Below, one piece after another: positions 13,583 through 22,538 of a stretch of 64,000 bases of DNA (positions within the stretch are counted from its first letter, which is position 1; every line of letters begins with the position of its first letter). This DNA is from Alphaproteobacteria bacterium (GTDB lineage: Bacteria > Pseudomonadota > Alphaproteobacteria > MPNO01): contig OZ219866.1 of assembly GCA_964291675.2 (NCBI GenBank), positions 448,001 through 512,000 of the forward strand, given 5' to 3'. The position numbers and the translations under genes were made by a program. Below the pieces are notes generated by a model. It had not been told where the DNA came from. It made no database searches and was given only the letters and a program-made list of their open reading frames with translations.

Positions 13583-14398
13583 ATGGCAGGATGGACCCTT
13601 GCCGATATTCCTTGGGATGAATTTGACCGGGATCGGGTCGATCCAGACATTGTTCCGATCGTCAAGGCGGCGAGCCTTGTCGAGTACAACGCCGAGGATT
13701 ATCGGCTCTACCTGAACGGCGTCTTTCACGACGACCCGCGCATGCGGAGGGCGGTCGACGGCTGGGCGGAGGAAGAGGTCCAGCACGGCGTCGCGCTCGC
13801 CCGCTGGGCCAGGATGGCCGATCCTGAGTTCGACTTCGAGGCGAGCTTCGCGCGTTTCCGCGACGGTTTCAGGCTGCCCGTCGGGCTGAGCGATTCGGTG
13901 CGTGGCAGCCGCTGCGGCGAGCTCGTCGCGCGCTGCATGGTCGAGACCGGGACCAACACCTATTACAGCGCGCTCGCCGAAGCGACCGATGAGCCGGTGC
14001 TGAAGGAGATATGCAGGCGGATCGCGGCCGACGAGTTCGCCCATTACTGTCTCTTCCACACCCACATGGAGCGCTATCTGGACCGCGAGGCGCTCGGCTT
14101 CTGGAGCCGCCTGCGGGTCGCGGCGGCGCGCATCGGCGAGACCGAGGACGACGAGCTGGCCTACGCCTATTACGCGGCGAATGGCGGCGACCGTCCCTAT
14201 GACCGGCGGCGCAACAGCGGCGCCTACGGCAGGGGCGCGCTGTCGTACTGCACGCCGGGGACGCTGGAGCGCAGCGTGGACATGGTCCTGCACGCGGTCG
14301 GCATCAGGACGCGGCGCTGGATCTCCCGGCCGGCCGGGCTGTTGTTCTGGGTGCTTCTCAGGCTCAGGATGTCGTTGCTCGCACGCGGCGTGCATTAG
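13583..14398 (+). CDS. Ferritin-like di-iron carboxylate protein (acyl-ACP desaturase-like fold), function unknown
   Basis: Paired ligand sets LVE...EEVQH and VET...DEFAH; GGGAG RBS. Confidence 0.8.
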   Translation: MAGWTLADIPWDEFDRDRVDPDIVPIVKAASLVEYNAEDYRLYLNGVFHDDPRMRRAVDGWAEEEVQHGVALARWARMADPEFDFEASFARFRDGFRLPVGLSDSVRGSRCGELVARCMVETGTNTYYSALAEATDEPVLKEICRRIAADEFAHYCLFHTHMERYLDREALGFWSRLRVAAARIGETEDDELAYAYYAANGGDRPYDRRRNSGAYGRGALSYCTPGTLERSVDMVLHAVGIRTRRWISRPAGLLFWVLLRLRMSLLARGVH

Positions 14399-14897
14399 GG
14401 TCCGCGCCGGTCTCGCGCGCGATCCGGTCCGCGAACGCGGCGGCGATTTCGGCATAGACCGCGCGCTTGAAGGGAACGATCCGGGCCGCGACGTCGGCTA
14501 GCCGCATCCACCGCCACGCGTCGAATTCGGGCGGATCGACGGCGGCGATGTCGATATCTCCGTCCTCGCCGTGGAAGCTTGCGAGGAACCATTTCTGCGC
14601 CTGGCCGCGATAGCGCCCGCCCCACATCCGCCCTTGCAGCCCGGCGGGCAGGTCGTAGGTCAGCCAGCCCTCCGTCGCGTGAACGATGCTCGCCCGGTCG
14701 GTTCCCGTCTCCTCGGCCAGCTCGCGCAGCGCCGCGGTTTCGGGGGATTCTCCGGGCTCGATGCCGCCCTGGGGAAATTGCCAGGAAGCGGGCCTGGTGT
14801 CCCCCCGGCGGCCGGCGAAGACCAGACCGGCCCGGTTGAAGAGCACGATCCCGACGCAGGGCCGGTAGCCTTCGGGCGGCGGGCGGTTTGCGTTCAT
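14364..14897 (-). CDS. rppH: RNA pyrophosphohydrolase (Nudix)
   Basis: YRPCVG, WQFPQGG, Nudix box GGIEPGESPETAALRELAEETG, YRGQAQKWF, VPFKRAVY. Confidence 0.92.
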   Translation of the reverse strand: MNANRPPPEGYRPCVGIVLFNRAGLVFAGRRGDTRPASWQFPQGGIEPGESPETAALRELAEETGTDRASIVHATEGWLTYDLPAGLQGRMWGGRYRGQAQKWFLASFHGEDGDIDIAAVDPPEFDAWRWMRLADVAARIVPFKRAVYAEIAAAFADRIARETGADPNARRVRATTS

Positions 14898-14944
14898 CCG
14901 CGGGCGGCCGGTCCGCGGCTTGCCGGGAGTCCGCGGGTCGGGGA

Positions 14945-16233
14945 TCAGTTGGTGGCTGTTTTTCCGAACAGGGAGAGGCCGCGCAGAAGGTCGAGGGCGC
15001 GCGTCAACTGGTAGTCCTGCGGCGGCTCCTCCGCCTGGCCCTCGGATGGCTTCGCGTCATCCCGGCCCGCCTCCTCGCCTTCGCCCTCGTTCGGGTTGTT
15101 CAGCGCGCCGCGCAGATCGCCCTCGCGCCGGCGTCCCTCCTCGTCGAGGATCTCGACCCGGGCCTGCTCGACCACGATGTCGGGCTCGATCCCCTTGGCC
15201 TGAATCGAGCGTCCGGAGGGGGTGTAGTAATGCGCCGTCGTGAGCCGGATCGCGCCATGCCCTTCCAGGGGAACGATGGTCTGAACCGAGCCCTTGCCGA
15301 AGGAACGCGTCCCCATGACGATGGCGCGGCGGTGATCCTGCAGCGCGCCGGCGACGATCTCCGAGGCCGACGCCGAACCGCCGTTGATCAGCACCACCAT
15401 GGGCAAGCCGTCGGCGCTGTCCCCGGTCTTGGCGTTGAAGCGCTGCGCGTCGTCGGGACGGCGCGACCGGGTGGATACGATCTCGCCGCGTTCGAGGAAG
15501 AAATCGGCCACCTTGACCGATTGTTCCAGCAACCCGCCCGGGTTGTTGCGGAGATCGAGCACCAGCCCCTTCACCTCGCCGCCGATTTCGGCGCGGAGCT
15601 TTTCCATCGCCCGTTCGATCCCGCCCAGCGTCTGCTCGCTGAAGGAGATGATGCGGACATAGCCGATATCCCCCTCGGCGCGCGACCGCACGGACTGGAT
15701 CTTGATCACCGCGCGGGTGATGGTGACGTCGAAGGGCTCGCGGTTGGCGCGACGCACGGTGAGCATGATGTCGGTGTCGGGCGGACCGCGCATGCGCTCG
15801 ACGGCCTCGGACAGGGTGAGTCCCAGCACCGCTTCGTTGTCGAGATGGGTGATCAGGTCGCCGGATTGCAGGCCCGCGCGATGGGCCGGCGTGTCGTCGA
15901 TCGGCGAGACCACCTTGACGAGCCGTTCTCCATCGTGACCTCGATGCCGAGCCCGCCGATCTCGCCGCGGCTCTGGACCTGCATTTCCCGGAAATTCTTG
16001 GCGTTCAGATAGCTCGAATGCGGGTCGAGCGAGGTCAACATGCCATTGATCGCGGACTCGATCAGCTTCTCGTCGCTCACATCCGTGACGTAATCCGCGC
16101 GCACCCGTTCGAACACGTCGCCGAACAGGTTCAGCAGGCGGTAGGTCTCGGACGTGTTCGACTGCGCTTGGGCATGGACCGGAGCGCTCAGAAGAAAAAT
16201 GGCCGCAACCGTTGCGAATTTCCGCAGCCGCAT
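14945..16233 (-). pseudogene. ctpA: S41 C-terminal processing protease, split by a 1-nt frameshift near 15922 (real lesion or sequencing error)
   Basis: 5' part (LDPHSSY, GGLGIEV) in one frame; PDZ remainder and catalytic part (DLRNNPGG, SASASEIV, FGKGSVQ) in another. Adding one base in GGC^TCGTCAAG restores ENG-LVKVVSPIDDTPA. Confidence 0.85.
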
Positions 16234-17486
16234 TATCCGCCCACCTTGTCGCTGTTTTCCGTCAGCCAGGGCAGCGGGTCGACAGGCCGGCCGCCGCGGC
16301 GCAATTCGATATAGAGGCGCTCGCCGACGCCGGAACCCGTTCCCATCGTCCCGACGGGTTCTCCGGAAACCAGGTCGTCGCCGACACGAGCGTCTAGCCG
16401 TTCGAGACCCGCTAGCATCGCATGATATCCCTCGCCGTGGTCGATTATCAAGAGTTCGCCGTAGCTCAGGAAGGGTTCGGCGAAGACCACCCGGCCGGCG
16501 CGCGGAGCGACGACCTGGCCGGAAGAACGGGTTCGTATCGTGACCCCCCTTGTGGCCAGGCCGCTCGGGGCGGGGTCGCCGAAACGGCCGATGACGGGGC
16601 CGGCCGCGGGCAGCCGGGAGGCGGATGCGCGTCTGGAGGCGGGGCGGATGCCGGGCGAGGCGGCGGCCGGGTCCGTTTGCGGGCCGGCCGGGACGAGGTC
16701 TTTGGGCCGCAGCCGCGTCGCCCGGCGCATCCGGGCGAGGCGGTCGATCAACGCTTCGATGCTTCGGGTCCCCTGTTCCCCGCCATCGGGTCCGGACCGC
16801 GCCGCCCCGCTCTCCTCGGACGGCCCGTCGCCGCGGCCGGATCGGATTTCGACCAGATCGGCAAGAACCCGTCGTTCTTCGCCGAGCCTGGCGGCGGCGA
16901 GGCCGTGCTGCCGGCGCTGCCCGGCAATCCGGCGGCGGAGAGAGTGGAGCTTCCGCACATCGGCCGCCAGCCCGCGCGCATCGCGGTCCAGCGACGGCGT
17001 GGCCGCGGCAAGCAGCAGGCGGCCGCGCAGCACGGCGATGGCATTGGGGAGGGGGACGACGGGTCGATGCTCGGGGCGGCGGGCGAGGCGCTGCAGGGCG
17101 GCCAGCAGCCGCGCCGCCTCGTTCCGGCGACCGGCCAGGGATGCGGCGGCGGCGCGCTCCTCGCGGTCCAGCAGCGGAAGCGTGTCCTCCAGCCGCGTCA
17201 ACTCGTCCTCGAGGGCGAGCACGGATGAAGCGGTGGAGACGAGATGCCGCTTGAGCGCGCTCAGCGCGCGCCTTGCCGCCTCGGCCTCATGGCTGAGCGC
17301 CGCCGGGTCGGAGTGCGCATGCCCGATCGCCTCCTCCGCCCGGTCGTTCGGATCCAGGGCCGGGGCCGTTTCGTCACGTGCGTGAGAGGCGTCGAGCGCG
17401 GCGACGGCGGAGAGAGCCGCCACCGCCGCCGCGACGACGAACGGAAATGGCAGGTTCAAGACGCGCTTCGTTCCCTGATGTGCCAT
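16233..17486 (-). CDS. envC: Murein hydrolase activator EnvC-like (coiled coil plus degenerate M23/LytM domain)
   Basis: N-terminal hydrophobic stretch, coiled coil, C-terminal GRVVFAEPFLSYGELLIIDHG...LYIELRRGGRPVDP; position between rlmH and ctpA. Confidence 0.8.
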   Translation of the reverse strand: MAHQGTKRVLNLPFPFVVAAAVAALSAVAALDASHARDETAPALDPNDRAEEAIGHAHSDPAALSHEAEAARRALSALKRHLVSTASSVLALEDELTRLEDTLPLLDREERAAAASLAGRRNEAARLLAALQRLARRPEHRPVVPLPNAIAVLRGRLLLAAATPSLDRDARGLAADVRKLHSLRRRIAGQRRQHGLAAARLGEERRVLADLVEIRSGRGDGPSEESGAARSGPDGGEQGTRSIEALIDRLARMRRATRLRPKDLVPAGPQTDPAAASPGIRPASRRASASRLPAAGPVIGRFGDPAPSGLATRGVTIRTRSSGQVVAPRAGRVVFAEPFLSYGELLIIDHGEGYHAMLAGLERLDARVGDDLVSGEPVGTMGTGSGVGERLYIELRRGGRPVDPLPWLTENSDKVGG

Positions 17487-17523
17487 CCTCTATATAGCGG
17501 CGTGGCAGCCGGGGTTGTAGCCG

Positions 17524-17994
17524 TCAGACCGGTTCCCTCGCCCGGTGATAGGGATGGCCGGCAAGAATTTCCTGGGCGCGGAAGATCTGCTCGGCCAGCA
17601 TGGCGCGGACCAGCAAATGCGGCCAGGTGGCGGCGCCGAAGGCCAGAACCAGATCGGCCGCGCCGACCAGAGACGGCGCGAGGCCTTCGGCGCCGCCGAT
17701 CAGAAAGACGATCTCCTTGCTGCCGCGGTCGCGCAGCTCGCCGAGCCGACGGGCGAAGTCCTCGCTCGACAGGTTTCGTCCCGCGGCGTCGAGCGCGACG
17801 ACAGGGGCACCCGCGGGACAGCACGCGGCGAGCAGCCCGGCCTCGCGCCGGACCGTCTCCGCGGGGGTTCGGCGCCCGCGGGTCTCGACCTCCCGCAACC
17901 GGACGTCCCAGCGGATACGGCTCCGGTAGCGTTCGAAGAGGGTCCGCTCCGGTCCGTCCCTGAACCGGCCGGGCGAAGCGATCGTGAGGCGCAT
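17524..17994 (-). CDS. rlmH: 23S rRNA pseudouridine-1915 N3-methyltransferase
   Basis: FLIGGAEGL, TWPHLLVRAMLAEQIFRA, GHPYHR. Confidence 0.95.
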   Translation of the reverse strand: MRLTIASPGRFRDGPERTLFERYRSRIRWDVRLREVETRGRRTPAETVRREAGLLAACCPAGAPVVALDAAGRNLSSEDFARRLGELRDRGSKEIVFLIGGAEGLAPSLVGAADLVLAFGAATWPHLLVRAMLAEQIFRAQEILAGHPYHRAREPV

Positions 17995-18015
17995 CGAACC
18001 CCGCGCTGCGTCCGG

Positions 18016-18399
18016 TCACCCGCCGGCGCGGGACGGCCGTCCGTCCTGGTCGAGCGCCACGCCCCACATCTTCTCGATGTTGTAGAAGGACCGGATTTCC
18101 GGGCGGAACAGGTGCACGATCACGTCTCCGGCGTCGATCAGCACCCAGTCGCCCTGGCGCAGCCCTTCCGGCTTCAGCCCGACGAGACCGGCGCTCTTGA
18201 GGCGCTGCAGCAGCCGTTCCGCCAGGGCGGCGACCTGGCGGCTCGAAGTACCGGTCGCGACGACCATGTTGTCGGCCATCGTCGACTTGCCCTTGAGGTC
18301 GATATTCACGACATCGACCGCCTTGAGGTCTTCGAGGCAGGTCATGACCACCTCGATCAGGGCCCGGGGGGCCGGTTCGGCCGTTTGGGTCTCTGCTAT
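18016..18399 (-). CDS. rsfS: Ribosome silencing factor (Iojap family)
   Basis: LEDLKAVDV, DWVLIDAGDVIVHLF, FYNIEKMW. Start uncertain: ATA 18399 behind AGGAG, or GTG 18420. Confidence 0.9.
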   Translation of the reverse strand: MAETQTAEPAPRALIEVVMTCLEDLKAVDVVNIDLKGKSTMADNMVVATGTSSRQVAALAERLLQRLKSAGLVGLKPEGLRQGDWVLIDAGDVIVHLFRPEIRSFYNIEKMWGVALDQDGRPSRAGG

Positions 18400-18565
18400 G
18401 GGGCGCTCCTGTCGCGGCACGGCGGCGCCTCGCTCACGGGGCCGCACGCGGCGCTTCGCGGGACGATATTTCGGGTGGCTTGGCCTGCACCGAACCGTGG
18501 GCGTCCCGGGCCGTGGACCCGACCCTCGGCAACGCCCGCGCTGATTCGCTGGCCGGCATGCCGGA

Positions 18566-18594
18566 AGAATAGGCGGCGCGGGCGCAAATCGCAA
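18566..18594 (-). promoter_or_regulatory. Putative sigma70 promoter for rsfS-rlmH
   Basis: Minus strand TTGCGA-N17-TATTCT. Confidence 0.5.
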
Positions 18595-18621
18595 TGGAGA
18601 GCGCCGGCCGGGCTCCATCCA

Positions 18622-19938
18622 TCACACCAGCCCCGGCAGCCAGAGGCAGGTCGCGGGCAGGGCGAGGATGATCGCCACGCGGACGAAGTCGCTCAGCAGA
18701 AACGGCACGATGCCGCGGAACGAATCGCCGAGCGGGACGCCGTCGGCGAGCGAGTTGATCACATAGACGTTGAGGCCGATCGGCGGGGTGATCAGCCCCA
18801 CCTCGACCACGATCAGGGCGAGGATGCCGAACCAGATCGCGATCTCCTCCTCGCTGAAGCCGAAATCGAGCCCGGTGACCAGCGGGAAGAACACCGGGAC
18901 CGTGAGCAGGATCATCGCCAGGCTGTCCATCACGCAGCCCAGCACCAGATAGACCAGCAGGATGCCGATCAGGATCGACATCGGCGCGAGCCCCGACGCC
19001 GCGAGCAGGTCGGCGAGCTCGACCGGGATCTGCGACAGCGCGAGAAAGCCGTTATAGATCTCGGCGCTGATCAGGATGATGAAGATCATCGCCGTGGCCT
19101 GGGCGGTCTCCAGCAGGCTGGAGGCGAAGCTCTCCCAGCTCAGCCGGCCGAAGACGATCGCCACCAGCCCGGTCGCCGCGGCCCCGATCGCCGCGCCTTC
19201 GGTGGGGGTGAACACGCCGAGATAGATGCCGCCGATGACGAGGACGAAAATCGCCGCCACCGGCCACACCGCGCCGAGGCTCCTTATCCTCTCGCGCAGC
19301 GGCACCGACGGGGCGACCGGGCCGGCTTCGGGGTTGAGCCGGACATAGACGGCGATGGCGATCGCATAGCCGACGGTCGCGACGATCCCGGGGATCAGGG
19401 CGGCGAGGAACAGCTTGCCCACCGACTGCTCGGTGATGATGGCGTAGATCACCAGGATCACCGAGGGCGGGATCAGGATGCCGAGCGTGCCGCCGGCGGC
19501 GAGCGTGCCGGTCGCCAGCGCGCCGGAATAGCCGTAGCGCTTCATCTCGGGTAGCGCGACGGAGGCCATCGTCGCCCCGGTCGCGATCGACGAGCCGCAG
19601 ATCGCGCCGAACGCCGCGCAGCCGCAGATCGTCGAGATCGCGAGCCCGCCGCGCCGGTGTCCGACCCAGGCGCGCGCGGCCTCGAACAGCGAGCGGCTGA
19701 GCCCGGCCTGGGTGGCGAACTGCCCCATCAGCAGGAACAGCGGCAGCACGGATAGCGTGTAGCTGGAGACCCGCCCGAACGGGCCGGTGTTCAAGAGGTT
19801 GAGAAACGCCGACCAGCCGGCGAGCGACACAAAGCCGAACCCGCCGACGACGAACATCGCCACCCCGACCGGCATGCGGAAGGCGATCAGGATCAGGCAG
19901 ATCGCGAACAGGAGGGCGCCGAACTCGATATTGCTCAT
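18622..19938 (-). CDS. TRAP transporter large permease (DctM)
   Basis: LPLFLLMG, GAICGSS, GGTLGILIPPS, FTPTE, ITPPIGLN. Confidence 0.92.
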   Translation of the reverse strand: MSNIEFGALLFAICLILIAFRMPVGVAMFVVGGFGFVSLAGWSAFLNLLNTGPFGRVSSYTLSVLPLFLLMGQFATQAGLSRSLFEAARAWVGHRRGGLAISTICGCAAFGAICGSSIATGATMASVALPEMKRYGYSGALATGTLAAGGTLGILIPPSVILVIYAIITEQSVGKLFLAALIPGIVATVGYAIAIAVYVRLNPEAGPVAPSVPLRERIRSLGAVWPVAAIFVLVIGGIYLGVFTPTEGAAIGAAATGLVAIVFGRLSWESFASSLLETAQATAMIFIILISAEIYNGFLALSQIPVELADLLAASGLAPMSILIGILLVYLVLGCVMDSLAMILLTVPVFFPLVTGLDFGFSEEEIAIWFGILALIVVEVGLITPPIGLNVYVINSLADGVPLGDSFRGIVPFLLSDFVRVAIILALPATCLWLPGLV

Positions 19939-20453
19939 CGGCGAAGCATGCGGATATGGCGCCAGAGCACCCAGACGCAGACCGCGGTCAGCAGCATCGC
20001 GCCGAGCAGCGCCGGGAAATAGCCCCAGTAGATGGGGATGTCGAGAAACAGCGTGGTCTCCTCGTCGGCGAGCTTGTGCAGCCCGCCGACCAGGAGCCGC
20101 CAGGCGATCAGCCCGGCGACGACGGCAAAGGCGAAGCTGTGCACCGTATCGAGCGCCGTCTTGCGCCGCGGCGACAGCCTGGCGGTGAAGAACTCGACGA
20201 CGATGTTCGCGTTCCTGAGATGGCAATAGGGGAAGAAGGCGAACACGGCGACGCCGCAGACCAGCTCGGTGATCTCGTAATCGCCGGGGATCGGCGCGTT
20301 GAACGCGTAGCGGCCGATGACGCTGATCACGGTCATCGCCATGACCCCGATCAGCAGCACCCCGCCGGCCATCGCCACCGCCCGGCCGATGCGCTCGATC
20401 GCGGCGTCTAGCCGGGCCTCCCCGGGACCGGGTTCCGCGCTATTGCCGATCAC
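19935..20453 (-). CDS. TRAP transporter small permease (DctQ)
   Basis: Four hydrophobic segments, VIGRY..NAPIPGDYEI; lies between dctP and dctM. Confidence 0.88.
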   Translation of the reverse strand: MIGNSAEPGPGEARLDAAIERIGRAVAMAGGVLLIGVMAMTVISVIGRYAFNAPIPGDYEITELVCGVAVFAFFPYCHLRNANIVVEFFTARLSPRRKTALDTVHSFAFAVVAGLIAWRLLVGGLHKLADEETTLFLDIPIYWGYFPALLGAMLLTAVCVWVLWRHIRMLRR

Positions 20454-20470
20454 CCGGGACGGCCCCGGGG

Positions 20471-21505
20471 CTACTGGCTGTATTTGGCGACCAGCCGCCT
20501 CGCATCGGCCACCAGCGCCTTGCCGTCATGCCCCTTGGCGGCGACCTTCTCGACCCAGGCGTCGACCACCTTCTGGGTGGCCTTGCGCCAGCGTTGGCGC
20601 TCGGCATCGTCGAGGGCGAGGATCCGGTGGCCCCGCTCGACCGCGAGCGCGCGCCCGGGCTTCTCGTCGTCCTGCCACATCCGGCCGAGCCGCCTGGCGA
20701 GCCCCATGCCGGTGCTGTCGTCGACGATCTTGCGGATGTCGGCTGGCAGCCCGTCATAGCGCTTCTTGTTCATCGTCATCAGGAAGAGCGCGCAGGAGAG
20801 CGCCACCTCGGTGTGGTACCTGGTCACCTCGTGCAGGCGGAACGGGCGCATGATGGTCCAGGGAATCCACGTCCCCTCGACGACGCCGCGCGACAGCGCC
20901 TCGTAGACCTTGGGGATCGGCATGCCGACCGGGACCGTTCCGAGCGCCCGCAGCATCGCCGCGCTCGCCCGCGACGGCGCGCGCATCTTCATCCCCTTGA
21001 GGTCCTCGAGCTTCTGGATCGGCTTCTTCGCGGTGTGGATGTGGCCGCGCGCGGTGGCGTGGAACACCAGGGGGTGCGTGTCCTTGTACTCGTTGCGCAG
21101 CCACTTGCCGTAGAACTCGGTCAGCGCCTGGCTGGTCGCCACCGCATCGCCGGCGACGAAGGGAAGCTCGAACACCTCGGTCAGCGGAAAGCGGCCCGGC
21201 GAGTAGCCGGGCAGCGTCCAGACGATGTCGACCACCCCGTCGCGCGCCTGGCCGTAGAGGTCGGACGGCTTGCCGCCGAGCTGCATCGCCGGGAAGACCT
21301 GGACCTTCACCTTGCCGGCGGATTGCTTCTCGATCTCCTTCGCCCAGGGCCGCATGAACAGGCGGTTGGCGATCGCCTTGGGCGAGTTGAAGTTGTGCAG
21401 GCGCAGCGTGAGCTCCTGCGCCCCGGCCCCGCCCGGAAGCGCGAACAGGGACCCCGCGGCCAGCACGGCAAGCGCCGCGGCTGCGATTGCGCGCATCACA
21501 CCCAT
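20471..21505 (-). CDS. TRAP transporter substrate-binding protein (DctP)
   Basis: Signal peptide; FPAMQLGG, DGVVDI, DLKGMKMRA with conserved Arg, YEALSRGVV. Confidence 0.92.
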   Translation of the reverse strand: MGVMRAIAAAALAVLAAGSLFALPGGAGAQELTLRLHNFNSPKAIANRLFMRPWAKEIEKQSAGKVKVQVFPAMQLGGKPSDLYGQARDGVVDIVWTLPGYSPGRFPLTEVFELPFVAGDAVATSQALTEFYGKWLRNEYKDTHPLVFHATARGHIHTAKKPIQKLEDLKGMKMRAPSRASAAMLRALGTVPVGMPIPKVYEALSRGVVEGTWIPWTIMRPFRLHEVTRYHTEVALSCALFLMTMNKKRYDGLPADIRKIVDDSTGMGLARRLGRMWQDDEKPGRALAVERGHRILALDDAERQRWRKATQKVVDAWVEKVAAKGHDGKALVADARRLVAKYSQ

Positions 21506-21542
21506 GGTTTTCCTCCCCTCGGTCGGCGGACGGTCGCCGGTC

Positions 21543-22421
21543 TCAGAACGGCCTGCCGCCCTTGATCGTCACCCGCTGCATGGTCCGCCGCACCGGATAG
21601 TAGTCGTTGGCGGCGTAGTGCTGGGTCGACGGGTTGTCCCAGAACACGATGGAATCGGGCTCCCAGCGAAAGCGGAACTGGTGTTCCGGGATGCGCGGCA
21701 GGGTGAACAGAAACTCCAGCAGCGCCTTGCTCTCGTCCTGCCGCATGTCCTTGATGGCGATGGTGAACTGCTCGTTCACGAACACCGCCTTGCGCCCGGT
21801 CACCGGGTGGGTGCGGATCACCGGGTGCGCCGGGTTGGGCAGCTCGATCTCCATCTCGGCGAGCTTCGCGTGCCGTTCCCGGGGGGCCATGCGGTCGAAC
21901 TTGCGGCGGAAGTTCTTGAAGTCGTGGATCGCCTCCAGGCCCGACAGGAAGCTCTGCATGCGGTCGCTCAGACCGTCATGGGCGGCGCACATATCGGCCC
22001 ACATCGTGTCGCCCCCGACCGGCGGGATGGCGACGCAGCGCAGGATCGAGCCCATCGGCGGCTCTTCGCGGAAGGTCTCGTCCGAGTGCCAGATATCGGT
22101 CGAGAAGACCGGGTTGTCCTTGTGGTTGTCGAGCACGATGACCTCGGGCAGGTGCTCGAGATGCGGGACGAAGGGGTGGACGGAGACCTCGCCGAACCTG
22201 CGGCCGAAGGCGAGATGCTGCTCCGGGGTGATGTCCTGGTCGCGGAAGAAGACGACCTTGCGGTCCATCAGCGCGTCATGGATCGCCGCCACCGTGCCGT
22301 CGTCGAGCGGTCGGGCCAGGTCGACACCGCGTATCTCGGCGCCGATGGTGGGCTCCGCCGGGACGATCTCGATCCCGCCCTCCGACGCATCCGGGCGGCT
22401 TCGTTGGGCAAGCTGCGGCAT
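21543..22421 (-). CDS. TauD/AtsK-family Fe(II)/2-oxoglutarate dioxygenase
   Basis: IGAEIRGVDL, VFFRDQ, WHSD (HxD), GGDTMWA, HPVIRTHPVTG, FWDN...QH...R. Confidence 0.93.
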   Translation of the reverse strand: MPQLAQRSRPDASEGGIEIVPAEPTIGAEIRGVDLARPLDDGTVAAIHDALMDRKVVFFRDQDITPEQHLAFGRRFGEVSVHPFVPHLEHLPEVIVLDNHKDNPVFSTDIWHSDETFREEPPMGSILRCVAIPPVGGDTMWADMCAAHDGLSDRMQSFLSGLEAIHDFKNFRRKFDRMAPRERHAKLAEMEIELPNPAHPVIRTHPVTGRKAVFVNEQFTIAIKDMRQDESKALLEFLFTLPRIPEHQFRFRWEPDSIVFWDNPSTQHYAANDYYPVRRTMQRVTIKGGRPF

Positions 22422-22447
22422 CGCGCACCCCCTGTATCCTGTGGGAA

Positions 22448-22476
22448 AGCGTATTTCCCGGCGCCGGAGAAGGCAA
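22448..22476 (-). promoter_or_regulatory. Putative sigma70 promoter for the tauD-TRAP cassette
   Basis: Minus strand TTGCCT-N17-TACGCT just upstream of the dioxygenase start. Confidence 0.5.
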
Positions 22477-22538
22477 GCCGGCGGCGGGCGTATCGAAGGA
22501 CGCCACGCCGCTTCGGTTCCACTCGAACCGGACAGGCT

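Noticed and set aside
16233-17486. EnvC-like gene lacking M23 zinc ligands as a pseudogene
   Set aside because: A degenerate LytM site is normal for EnvC activators and the frame is intact.
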